DNA of 38,643 bases, taken from IMG/VR virus record IMGVR_UViG_3300042483_000604; one strand, given 5' to 3'. The DNA is from a virus. Its lineage: Duplodnaviria; Heunggongvirae; Uroviricota; Caudoviricetes. Both the position numbers and the translations under genes were made by a program. Shown piece by piece: positions 7,639-16,737 of the stretch (positions within the stretch are counted from its first letter, which is position 1; each line of letters starts with the position of its first letter). The notes beneath the pieces were generated by a model. It saw only the letters and a list, made by a program, of their open reading frames with translations. It searched no databases and was not told where the DNA came from.

Positions 7639-8196
7639 TTACCAGTATCCACTAAAGTTTCTACTACCTCCCAATGATTTCCAATATCTTCCGATATTAC
7701 AAGCCCAGTATCCTGGTTTTGTTTTATCTTTTTTAGTAGCACATTTATGTCTAGCTGCAAAAGAAGATCTTGCTCCTGGCTCGTCGATCTTAACATTCAA
7801 TCCTGTTGTACCTCCAAAAGATACTTTTACTACATTTCCTTTTTTATTTTTAGTATAAACGTAGAATTTTTTGGATCCGCCTCTTTTTGGTTTGTTTAAA
7901 GGAACATCTTTACCTCTGTATTCTGCTTCTTCAAGTTCTTCATCGACCATTGGAAGATCTAAAGGAACTTTCTGTCCTTCATACATTCCATACTCTCCAA
8001 TATCTGTTAATTCTAGCAGTAGAATATCTTGTTCACTTAATACAATTTTACCGTCTCTAAAGGCTTGTCTTGCTTCAGCAAACAATTGTATAAACGAGTC
8101 AGAGGAGTACCTGTAGACACATTCAGATAGTGTTAGCTTGTTGTCTAAATGGTACTGAAGGTTTGGTAATCCAACTATTTCCTGTAATCTTATCAT
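7639..8196 (-). CDS. Conserved phage protein of unknown function (acidic N-domain, basic C-domain)
   Basis: KKFYVY..KVSFG..ARSSFAARHKC..GYWAC pattern, which I recognise from T4-like phage hypothetical proteins. Confidence 0.7.
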   Translation of the reverse strand: MIRLQEIVGLPNLQYHLDNKLTLSECVYRYSSDSFIQLFAEARQAFRDGKIVLSEQDILLLELTDIGEYGMYEGQKVPLDLPMVDEELEEAEYRGKDVPLNKPKRGGSKKFYVYTKNKKGNVVKVSFGGTTGLNVKIDEPGARSSFAARHKCATKKDKTKPGYWACNIGRYWKSLGGSRNFSGYW

Positions 8197-8630
8197 AAGA
8201 AATCTTTTCTAAAATATCTTCCTTCTATATTATCATTTATATAGTTGGAATCTGGTTCTATTACTCCTTTTATAAATAGTAATTTATTTTCATAGTATGT
8301 ATGAAGCTTTTTATTTGGAGTAAATATAAGAATTTCTCTTGAGAATTCCGACTGTTTACCTTCTTTTACTAAGCCTTTTATTTCTGAGTGAGAACCATAA
8401 TAGGTTTTCCAATCAGATTCTTTTCTAACTATTTTAGATTTACTAGCTCTTTTATCTGTTATTAAAGCTAATTCTTTTTTACCTAAAGCTTTTTTTGTAA
8501 CAGAAATAAGTTGTTTCTTTCCTAAGTATTTTCTACCGGTTGGTAGATGTGTTACTTCATAGATAAACCCGAAGTTGTCTCCGGGCATATCTTCTAGTTC
8601 TTTAATTTCTTTGTTTTGATATAACCACAT
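8193..8630 (-). CDS. GIY-YIG-family (Seg-like) nuclease domain protein
   Basis: GFIYEVTHLPTGRKYLGKK, WKTYYGS, FSREIL, YYE, YINDNI. Confidence 0.75.
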   Translation of the reverse strand: MWLYQNKEIKELEDMPGDNFGFIYEVTHLPTGRKYLGKKQLISVTKKALGKKELALITDKRASKSKIVRKESDWKTYYGSHSEIKGLVKEGKQSEFSREILIFTPNKKLHTYYENKLLFIKGVIEPDSNYINDNIEGRYFRKDFL

Positions 8631-8643
8631 TTTTATTTTGTTT

Positions 8644-11600
8644 TTATTTACTTTTTAGTAGTAAAATTTCATTTTGTAGTTCCTGTACTTGTTGGGATAG
8701 GTCTTGAATTGCCTTTACCATTACTGGTAGTAGGTTTGAATATCGAGCTTCTAATTTATCAGGATTACTATTTGACACTAAATCTAAGTGTTCTCCTATT
8801 TGACTATTCTCTTGAATTTCAAGCAAATCTTGTGCTATAAATCCTGCTGCTTTTATATCTTTTTTAGCTCCATCTCTAGTATCCCATTTAAAGATAATAG
8901 GTTTTAATTGATTTACAAACTCTATACCTTCTGTTATAGGTGTTACTTCTTTTTTATCTCTAATATCTGAAAGAGAGGTAATTGATGTTACTTGACAACG
9001 AAGCGTTGTAATTGAGCTGTTACCTAGTGTAATAGTATCTGAACCACCTCCTATAGCATTAGCTCCTATTACAATTTGATTAGTCTCATTACTGTTTAAA
9101 GCTCTGGTATTAGCTCCTAGGAATACTGAACTACTAGCCATACTCGCAATAGATCCATTTGAAACTAACCTACCTGCTTCAACACCAACTGCTGTGTTAT
9201 TACTTCCAGTTGAATTCGATTGCAGTGCTTTGTGTCCAATTGCTGTATTACTATTTCCGGTAGTATTAAAATACGATGCCTGGAGTCCTGTTGCTGTATT
9301 GTTAATTCCAATTGTGTTACTATATAATGCTCCTATTCCTGTTGCTGTATTTTCACTTCCAGTCGTATTATTAAATAATGCACTAGATCCAATTGCAATA
9401 TTAGAAATTCCAATTGTATTAGATGCTAATGTTCCACCACCAATTGCAGTATTATTACTTCCGCTTGTGTTTGAGTACAGTGCTTGTAATCCAATTGCAG
9501 TGTTGTAGTCACCTGTACTGTTTGTATACAGTGCTTCTTTACCTGTTGCTGTGTTACCGCTACCGTTTGTGTTTGTATATAGCGTATCTCGTCCAATTGC
9601 GGTATTTTCACTTCCGCCTGTATTAGATCTTAAAGCTCCATCTCCAAATGATGTATTAGATGACATATTGCCTTTCCCATTGTTCCAAACAGTTAAATCT
9701 GTAGCGTTTGACTCTAACCATGCAATAGGAGTACTTGTTACCCCTGTTAAAGCAGAACCGTTTCCTGAGAAAGACCCTGTGAATCCTTGAGTAGCAATTA
9801 CTGAACCTGTTACTTGAAATTGTGAACCTGATGCAAATACTAGATTTGATCTAGTAGTGCTGTCACTTCCGTTACCGATTATAAAAGCATTTTCAGCTGA
9901 GGATGTTATATTACTGTTTCCTACTACTGTTTGATAAGCTGCTGATGCAGTCGTGTATGCTCCTTGAGTGTGAGATGCAAATCCTTCTGCACGTGTAAAA
10001 TATCCTTCAGAGTGAGCAGCTGGTCCGTATGATACTGTTCCTCTACCTTCTGCATGTGATGATTCACCTTCTGCGTTATTACCAAATCCTTCTGCATGTC
10101 CAAATGCTCCTGAAGCAGATGTTTGTCTTCCTTCTGTATGTGAAAAGTCTCCTACTGCTACTGTAAAGTAACCTTCAGCATGTGAAGTAGATCCTTGTGC
10201 TATAGTTCCGTTTCCTTCAGCATGTGCTCCTGTTCCTGTTGCTTTAGTACCTTCCCCTTCAGCATGTGAGACAGTTCCTGATGATGTTGTAAATCTACCT
10301 TCAGCGTGTGAATAGTTTCCAGTGGATAATGTATTATCACCTTCAGCATGTGAATAGACTCCTGAAGCTGTTGTAGCATACCCTTCAGTATGTGATGCCT
10401 GCCCTAGTGAGAGTGTATTTTGCCCTTCAGCATGTGAGTAGGATCCTGATGCTTTTGCGAACTGTCCTTCAGCATGTGAACTGTATCCTGATGCTGATGT
10501 AAAGTATCCTTCGGCATGTGAAAAAGAACCGTCAGTACGTGTTTGATTTCCTTCAACATGTGATCCATACCCTACTGTTCTGGTACCAAATCCTTCTGCA
10601 TGTGATGACTGTCCTTGTGTTATTGTTCTTTCTCCTTCAGCATGTGAATAGTCCCCTATTGCTACTGATCCTGTACCTTCTGCATGTGAAAAGTTTCCAG
10701 TTGCTATATTTCCTTCTCCTTGTGCTAAAGATCCTGTTACTCTTAACGATCCTGTAATCTGAGCAGATCCTGTAAATGGAAAAGCTGCTCCACCTCCGCC
10801 GTTTAGAGCGTAAGAAGCTGTTACTGCGTAAGAAGCAGTCCCTTGTAAAGATCCTGTTATACCTTGGGTCACATTTAAAGATCCTGTTATAACAGAAGTT
10901 CCAATTACTTGAAATGCTCCTGCTGTTGCTCCAGAAGCTGATACCTGTAGCCTATATCCTGCATCTGTAAAATCAGTACCATGTATTACGTTTCCGTTTG
11001 CAAGGAATCGAGTTGATTCTACTCCATTGGTTGGGTATATTCCGATATATTTGGTACCATCTGTTTTAATAGTTCCAAAAGTAGTACCAACACCCAGAAT
11101 TAAATCTTGTAATTGGAATGTTCTTCCTGCAGCATATATGTCACCTGTCATTGTACCTCCTGCTAGTGGCAGGTATAGTGGAGCTGATGAAGCAGTTGTT
11201 GCATAAGAAGCAGTGCCAAATAATGAACCTGTTATTTGACCTAATACCTGTAATGATCCTGATACTGTTACTGTTTTGTTAGCAAAGTCTCCACCAATTA
11301 ACGGTGTACCTGAACCTGAACCGATATAAAGTTTATCGTACTCTACCACTACGTTACCTGGTCCTGCTGAATTACCTATGTATACGTTATTAGATCCTGT
11401 TACTGTGTATAGTCCTGCTGCATTCCCTATAGCTACGTTATTATTTCCTTCTTTATTTTGAATTAAAGCACTAGTCCCTATGCCGATATTACCACCTCCT
11501 GCAATACTATTCCCTAACGCTAAGATACCTAGAGCTATGTTAGAACCTCCTGTAGTATTATCCTGTAGGGCACCATTTCCTATAGCTATATTACTATTCC

Positions 11601-11925
11601 CTGTAGTATTCGATATTAGGGCTGCATTACCTAAAGCTACGTTACCGGTACCGGTTGAGGACATGCTATCGTCAAATATATTATTAGCTAAAGCATTTAC
11701 CCCTATCCCTATACTTCCAAGGTATGAATTATTACCCTTCAGCACTAATCCGTTAACTGACCCTGTTACTTCTAATGAACCTGTAATTTGTGCAGATCCT
11801 GTATAAGGGAATGCTGCTATAGCTCCACCGTAGTAGGATGCTGTTAAAGCATGTGAAGCTGTTCCGAATAATGAACCTGTAAACGATGTAGCTTCTACTG
11901 AATCAGCTGTATATTTTTTTGCCAT
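8644..11925 (-). CDS. Long tail fibre / receptor-binding protein with beta-roll repeats and C-terminal peptidase S74 intramolecular chaperone
   Basis: 14-aa N(T/I/V)A(I/L/T)GxxALxxNTxG repeats in two blocks, 18 SHAEG-type repeats, SDIRDKKEV cleavage motif, GFIAQD and a terminal coiled coil. Confidence 0.85.
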   Translation of the reverse strand: MAKKYTADSVEATSFTGSLFGTASHALTASYYGGAIAAFPYTGSAQITGSLEVTGSVNGLVLKGNNSYLGSIGIGVNALANNIFDDSMSSTGTGNVALGNAALISNTTGNSNIAIGNGALQDNTTGGSNIALGILALGNSIAGGGNIGIGTSALIQNKEGNNNVAIGNAAGLYTVTGSNNVYIGNSAGPGNVVVEYDKLYIGSGSGTPLIGGDFANKTVTVSGSLQVLGQITGSLFGTASYATTASSAPLYLPLAGGTMTGDIYAAGRTFQLQDLILGVGTTFGTIKTDGTKYIGIYPTNGVESTRFLANGNVIHGTDFTDAGYRLQVSASGATAGAFQVIGTSVITGSLNVTQGITGSLQGTASYAVTASYALNGGGGAAFPFTGSAQITGSLRVTGSLAQGEGNIATGNFSHAEGTGSVAIGDYSHAEGERTITQGQSSHAEGFGTRTVGYGSHVEGNQTRTDGSFSHAEGYFTSASGYSSHAEGQFAKASGSYSHAEGQNTLSLGQASHTEGYATTASGVYSHAEGDNTLSTGNYSHAEGRFTTSSGTVSHAEGEGTKATGTGAHAEGNGTIAQGSTSHAEGYFTVAVGDFSHTEGRQTSASGAFGHAEGFGNNAEGESSHAEGRGTVSYGPAAHSEGYFTRAEGFASHTQGAYTTASAAYQTVVGNSNITSSAENAFIIGNGSDSTTRSNLVFASGSQFQVTGSVIATQGFTGSFSGNGSALTGVTSTPIAWLESNATDLTVWNNGKGNMSSNTSFGDGALRSNTGGSENTAIGRDTLYTNTNGSGNTATGKEALYTNSTGDYNTAIGLQALYSNTSGSNNTAIGGGTLASNTIGISNIAIGSSALFNNTTGSENTATGIGALYSNTIGINNTATGLQASYFNTTGNSNTAIGHKALQSNSTGSNNTAVGVEAGRLVSNGSIASMASSSVFLGANTRALNSNETNQIVIGANAIGGGSDTITLGNSSITTLRCQVTSITSLSDIRDKKEVTPITEGIEFVNQLKPIIFKWDTRDGAKKDIKAAGFIAQDLLEIQENSQIGEHLDLVSNSNPDKLEARYSNLLPVMVKAIQDLSQQVQELQNEILLLKSK
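9961..10695 (-). repeat. 18 tandem 42-bp/14-aa coding repeats (xSHAEGxxTxAxG)
   Basis: Counted in the translation; DNA shows recurring CCTTC(A/T)GCATGTGA on the + strand. Confidence 0.85.
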
Positions 11926-11939
11926 TTTATTTTACTTTA

Positions 11940-14195
11940 TTACCAGTTATTTTGTACTATATTTACCCATTCATAAGTTGAAGCTCCTGTTTGCATTGAC
12001 ATATCTACATAAGAATTGTTTCCTGATGTTCTATATCTCAATGAACCTACATTCGATATACTTGCTGCTGCTGAATTATTTCCTACTTGTAGAGAACCTG
12101 TTATTGATAAAGAACCAGTAAACTGATGTGTATCGTCTAATGTATCTCCAAATCTAGTAGATCCTGAAGAGAATGATTCAGTAAAGTATGTTACAGATGA
12201 AGATATTATATATTGCTGTGCTGTAAGATTTCCTGTTACTGTTAAGTCTCCTGCTACTGTTCCTCCTGTAAGTGGTAAGTATCCTGGTGCTATAGATGCT
12301 GTTTGAGCATAAGAAGCAGATACCACACTTCCATTGTAATAAGAAGCTGTTTGAGCATATGATGCAGAAGCTACACTTCCATTGTAATAAGAAGCTGTTT
12401 GAGCATATGATGCAGAAGCTACACTTCCATTGTAATAAGATGCTGTTAAAGCATGAGAAGCAGATACTGCTCTTGAAGCTGTTACTGTTAATGTATTTGT
12501 TGTAGCATTATATGAATATAAAGTACTATCAATATATATTGCATTGTTTATCGTACCATCTGTAAATAACGGATAGTAAGGTCCTGTTCCTGTTGGTACA
12601 TCTATTACATCTATGTATGATGCTGATTGTGCATATGAAGCACTTAATGCAAAATTTGAGTAAGAAGCTGTTACTGATCCTAGTAGGTGACTTGCTGTTG
12701 CTGCATTTGTTGCAAAAGAACTTGATCCTGCTTGTAGTGCATAAGAGGCTGTTTGTATAAATGAAGCGGTTGCTGCATAAGAAGCAGAAGTTGCTATGGA
12801 AGCTGTATTACTAGATTCAGCAAAAAAAGCAGAAGTTGCTATAGATGCTGTATTGCTATTCTCTGCAAATGAAGCTGATATAGATGATGATGCAAACCCT
12901 ACTGCTTCTGTATATGAAGCAGATATTGCAAAAGTTGCTGTAATGGCTGTTGGTGAAACAATTCCTGTTATCCCTGATCCGTCTCCTACAAATAGATTTG
13001 CTGTTATAGTATCTGTTACTATTAAAGATCCTGTAATACTTGCACTTCCAGATAAAGATCCATCCCACTCTGCTGCTATACCTGTTAACCCAGATCCGTT
13101 TCCTGTAAATGATCCGGTATAAGATCCAGTATTAAATGAACCTGTAAATGTATTAAATGCTGTTAATGTTGTTAATCCACTTGTATTGAAATAGGAAGCA
13201 GTTGTTGCAAAAGAAGCAGATGTTGCTTGATTAGAAATTGTTGCGTAAGAGGCAGATACTTGAACTGGTGCCCATGAAGCAGATAATGCTTGAGAGGCGT
13301 AAGATGCTGTTCCTAGTAAAGAACTTGTTATAGATGTAGCGTGTATATTTCCTTCTACTTGTAATTTTCCTAGAGTTGGGGTTGCAGTTCCAATACCTGT
13401 ATTACCGCTTGAACTAATATACATTCTAGGTGTTACAAGTCCATTTGAGAAAAATCCTATACCATCGTCATATATTACTGATCCTAGTGCTGTAGTATTA
13501 AAACCTCCTGCTTTCCAGTGTATTCCGTTTGTTGGTACTATATCAACTCCTGCTACTGATTGTATCTTTCCTGTTACTTGTAGTGTTGATGATACTGTTT
13601 GACTACCTGTTATATCTAGAGATCCTGTTAATACTACATCCTGTATTAATGGATTAACATATGATGCTGTTTGTGCACTTGTAAATGATCCACTCCAGTA
13701 TGATGCTGTTGCAGCATAAGAAGAAGATATTGCGTAAGAAGAACTTGCTATCGAACCACTCCAATATGAAGCTGTACTTGCAAAAGAAGCTGATGTTGCA
13801 TTTGTTACAGATCCTGTAAAGAAAGAAGCAGTTACTCCTGTCAATCCTGATCCATTTCCTGAGAAAGAACCTGTAAAAGAACCTGTAAAGTTACTTCCTG
13901 ATGCCTGGTATCCGTTTAGGTTTAGGCTTGTTAAGTTTGATCCATTTCCTGAGAATGATCCTGAGAATGATCCAGATACTCCTGATGCAAATCTTAGGTC
14001 TACATTTCCTCTATCTACTCTAAGGGATCCTGATATATCTACACTTCCTGTAATTATTCCATCCCATTGTGAGGAAGCTGTTACGTATAGAAGGTTAGAT
14101 CCATCTCCATAGAATGCAGAGGCAGATATGGATTGACTCACATTAAGTGAGCCTGATACCTGTACATCGTTATTAAATATATGCTCGTTAGCCAT
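11940..14195 (-). CDS. Ser/Ala/Thr-rich tail fibre protein
   Basis: ASYA heptad-like repeats, FxG(D/N)GSxLT modules, GNTGIGTATP and YLPLTGGT fibre motifs. Confidence 0.75.
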   Translation of the reverse strand: MANEHIFNNDVQVSGSLNVSQSISASAFYGDGSNLLYVTASSQWDGIITGSVDISGSLRVDRGNVDLRFASGVSGSFSGSFSGNGSNLTSLNLNGYQASGSNFTGSFTGSFSGNGSGLTGVTASFFTGSVTNATSASFASTASYWSGSIASSSYAISSSYAATASYWSGSFTSAQTASYVNPLIQDVVLTGSLDITGSQTVSSTLQVTGKIQSVAGVDIVPTNGIHWKAGGFNTTALGSVIYDDGIGFFSNGLVTPRMYISSSGNTGIGTATPTLGKLQVEGNIHATSITSSLLGTASYASQALSASWAPVQVSASYATISNQATSASFATTASYFNTSGLTTLTAFNTFTGSFNTGSYTGSFTGNGSGLTGIAAEWDGSLSGSASITGSLIVTDTITANLFVGDGSGITGIVSPTAITATFAISASYTEAVGFASSSISASFAENSNTASIATSAFFAESSNTASIATSASYAATASFIQTASYALQAGSSSFATNAATASHLLGSVTASYSNFALSASYAQSASYIDVIDVPTGTGPYYPLFTDGTINNAIYIDSTLYSYNATTNTLTVTASRAVSASHALTASYYNGSVASASYAQTASYYNGSVASASYAQTASYYNGSVVSASYAQTASIAPGYLPLTGGTVAGDLTVTGNLTAQQYIISSSVTYFTESFSSGSTRFGDTLDDTHQFTGSLSITGSLQVGNNSAAASISNVGSLRYRTSGNNSYVDMSMQTGASTYEWVNIVQNNW
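12298..12441. repeat. 3 x 48-bp tandem repeat (TASYYNGSVASASYAQ)
   Basis: Units at 12298, 12346 and 12394; the last two are identical except for one base. Confidence 0.9.
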
Positions 14196-14208
14196 GTCTT
14201 ATATTGTT

Positions 14209-14844
14209 TTATACTTTTCTCTTAAATGCTGTTACTAGCATATTTATCTCGAAGTTTCCTCCTACTGCATTTACTGATAAAGAAGCAGATGTTAAAGAAG
14301 AAGCATTTAAGCTAAATGTACTATTTATTGCATCTCCTGTTGCTACTACATAATTATCTGATATATCTGCATGTCCTGATCTGTCCCAAGTACCTAATAA
14401 TGTACCTACTTTCTTTTCGTTTTCAGTAGCAGTTGTTAGGACATAGTCTGCTTTAAATCCAGCGTAACCTGCTGAGGCAGATATTGGGAAAGTCATCAGA
14501 GTTGTCACTCCTGAGAGGCTACTTGTTGAGTATTGAAATATATCTACTTTAGCAGCTGTTGTACTTCCTGTTGTAATAGTTAAAGTACTTCCTACTGTTA
14601 CTCCTTGAAGTGATGTACTTCCTGATATAACTGTTAAAGATCCTGTAATAGCTGCACTACCGCTTCTAATTCCATTCCAGTTGGCTGTTGTTATACCTGT
14701 TAGTCCTGATCCATTTCCTACATAAGATCCAGAAAAAGAACCGCTAAAAGAACCACTTCCTTGAAAAGTAGTTCCTGGTTGCATTATTATAGATCCTGAT
14801 ACTACTAAAGGCCCTATTACTGTTAAATTACTTATTGTTGGCAT
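14209..14844 (-). CDS. Short tail fibre-associated structural protein
   Basis: Shares the GNGSGLTGI..WNGIR..ITGSL module with flanking fibre genes; beta-rich C-terminal domain. Confidence 0.65.
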   Translation of the reverse strand: MPTISNLTVIGPLVVSGSIIMQPGTTFQGSGSFSGSFSGSYVGNGSGLTGITTANWNGIRSGSAAITGSLTVISGSTSLQGVTVGSTLTITTGSTTAAKVDIFQYSTSSLSGVTTLMTFPISASAGYAGFKADYVLTTATENEKKVGTLLGTWDRSGHADISDNYVVATGDAINSTFSLNASSLTSASLSVNAVGGNFEINMLVTAFKRKV

Positions 14845-14865
14845 ATTTTGTTATGTTTATTTTTA

Positions 14866-16698
14866 CTACGGTACTCTTACCATTACAAAGGGTCCGTCTT
14901 TATATAGAGCTCCAATCGGTAATGACATTACCCCTGCATAGTCTTGTTGTATATCTAGTAACTCAGGCATAAATACCTTTACAGCATTCAGTGTTAATAT
15001 TCTTTGTGCAAAATCTCCTTTTATTAAAGCGTCTGGTCTTGTTGAATTATCTATATAAAGCTGATCATACTCTTCTGATATGTAATCTCCTGAGTTTGCT
15101 CCGATGTATACATTTCTTGCTCCTTTTTCTAGTTTTGGACCTCCTGCTTCAAAACCTATACCTACATTTGCCTTACCGTCAATAAGGTTCCTAAATGCTC
15201 CTTTACCTACAGCTGTATTGTATGCACCGGTTTCTAGAGATGATAGAGTTTCTGCGCCTATTGACACATCTGCATATCCTTGCCTTACTTTAAATAAAGA
15301 TAAGTACCCCAAAGCAGTCTCAAAACTCGATTCATTAGCTTTAGATAGTACTTGACTTCCTATTCCTGTTGAATACTTTCCATTGTTACCTCCTCCTGCT
15401 AGATATCCTAAGTATGACGATTCGTTTCCTGCTCCTTGACCTGCTCCATACCCTACTGCAACAGTCTGACTGGTTGCTGATTGACCTGCTGCATATCCTA
15501 TTGAAACAGTTTGATCCTCTGCTTGTGATCCTGCATAAAATCCTACTGCTACACTACTACCTGGTGAATTATTTAATGTATTTTCCCCTACACCAATTGA
15601 ATCTGTTGTTGGGTTGTGTATTTTAATATTCTGATGAATAGTTGTAACACCTTTTAGGTTAATGGTCGGTGAAGACCCTGATACAATAAATGATCCTGTT
15701 ATCTCTGCATTTCCATTTCTTCTACCATTCCATATTGCTGTAGAAGTAATACCTGTTAACCCTGATCCATCTCCTATAAATGATCCTGAGAATATAGATC
15801 CTGATATTGAAGAAACTCCTGTAAAATTTACTGTTGTTCCTACTCCTCCTGATACAATTAATGATCCTGTTATTTGTGCATTACCGTTTCTAATACCATT
15901 CCACGTTGTTGATACTCCTGTCAATCCTGCTCCATTTCCTACGAAAGAACCAGAGAAAAGCGATGCAGACACCTGGCTATGTATAGTTACTTGACCAGTT
16001 GCAAAATCACCGTAAATAAGAGGTGTATCGTCTGGTATATTATTTATGTACAGTTTATTGTCCTGTAAGGGAGTATTTGTAATCGGTCCTGCTCGGTACC
16101 CTAAGTACAGATTTCCACCACCACTACCTACGTTTTCTGCTGTACCGTATCCTAAAGCTGTATTACTATCTCCTCCATTTAGGTTTATTAGTGAATCACT
16201 TCCTACTACTGTATTTGCTTCACCTGTTGCATTTCGTAAGGAAGAGTTACCTACTGCAATATTAAGTTGGTTATGCAACTCATACCCTGCATTTTGTCCA
16301 ATAAGTATGTTATTAGCGTCTAGAGCATTTGTTCCTGCACCAGATCCTATACTTAGATTTCCTGCTGCATCTATTGGTTCAAATCTTCCAGCTAGAGTTA
16401 GTATACTTCCATCAAAAGTAAGATACTGCTCTCCTTGAAGTGATGCTCCTCCAGTTGCTGTTAATAACCTATTGTTTTGATTACCATCTATTGTTACTGT
16501 ACCTCCTCCTGGTGCTGGTAATTCAACACTGTGGTATGTTGGGTCGTCTGTATCGTTATCGAACCATAATTTTAACTCTTTTGAAGTAGAGTTAGGTATA
16601 TTGTGAATGGAACTTGAGAAGTAAACAGAAGAGAAGTTCTCATCCATTTCTACATGGGTAAGAGCTGCTCCTTTACTTGTTCTAAATGTTATTGCCAT
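14866..16698 (-). CDS. Tail fibre protein with beta-roll repeats
   Basis: N-terminal RxxKGxALTxxEMDxNF anchor; two blocks of GxxAG repeats, each closed by LYIxN...LIxGDFA. Confidence 0.75.
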   Translation of the reverse strand: MAITFRTSKGAALTHVEMDENFSSVYFSSSIHNIPNSTSKELKLWFDNDTDDPTYHSVELPAPGGGTVTIDGNQNNRLLTATGGASLQGEQYLTFDGSILTLAGRFEPIDAAGNLSIGSGAGTNALDANNILIGQNAGYELHNQLNIAVGNSSLRNATGEANTVVGSDSLINLNGGDSNTALGYGTAENVGSGGGNLYLGYRAGPITNTPLQDNKLYINNIPDDTPLIYGDFATGQVTIHSQVSASLFSGSFVGNGAGLTGVSTTWNGIRNGNAQITGSLIVSGGVGTTVNFTGVSSISGSIFSGSFIGDGSGLTGITSTAIWNGRRNGNAEITGSFIVSGSSPTINLKGVTTIHQNIKIHNPTTDSIGVGENTLNNSPGSSVAVGFYAGSQAEDQTVSIGYAAGQSATSQTVAVGYGAGQGAGNESSYLGYLAGGGNNGKYSTGIGSQVLSKANESSFETALGYLSLFKVRQGYADVSIGAETLSSLETGAYNTAVGKGAFRNLIDGKANVGIGFEAGGPKLEKGARNVYIGANSGDYISEEYDQLYIDNSTRPDALIKGDFAQRILTLNAVKVFMPELLDIQQDYAGVMSLPIGALYKDGPFVMVRVP

Positions 16699-16708
16699 AG
16701 TACTTTAT

Positions 16709-16716
16709 TATAAATA
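16709..16716 (-). promoter_or_regulatory. Putative late promoter TATTTATA
   Basis: 10 nt upstream of the fibre ATG; recurs upstream of other structural genes. Confidence 0.5.
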
Positions 16717-16737
16717 TCTTCTTTTAATCTTCTATTG

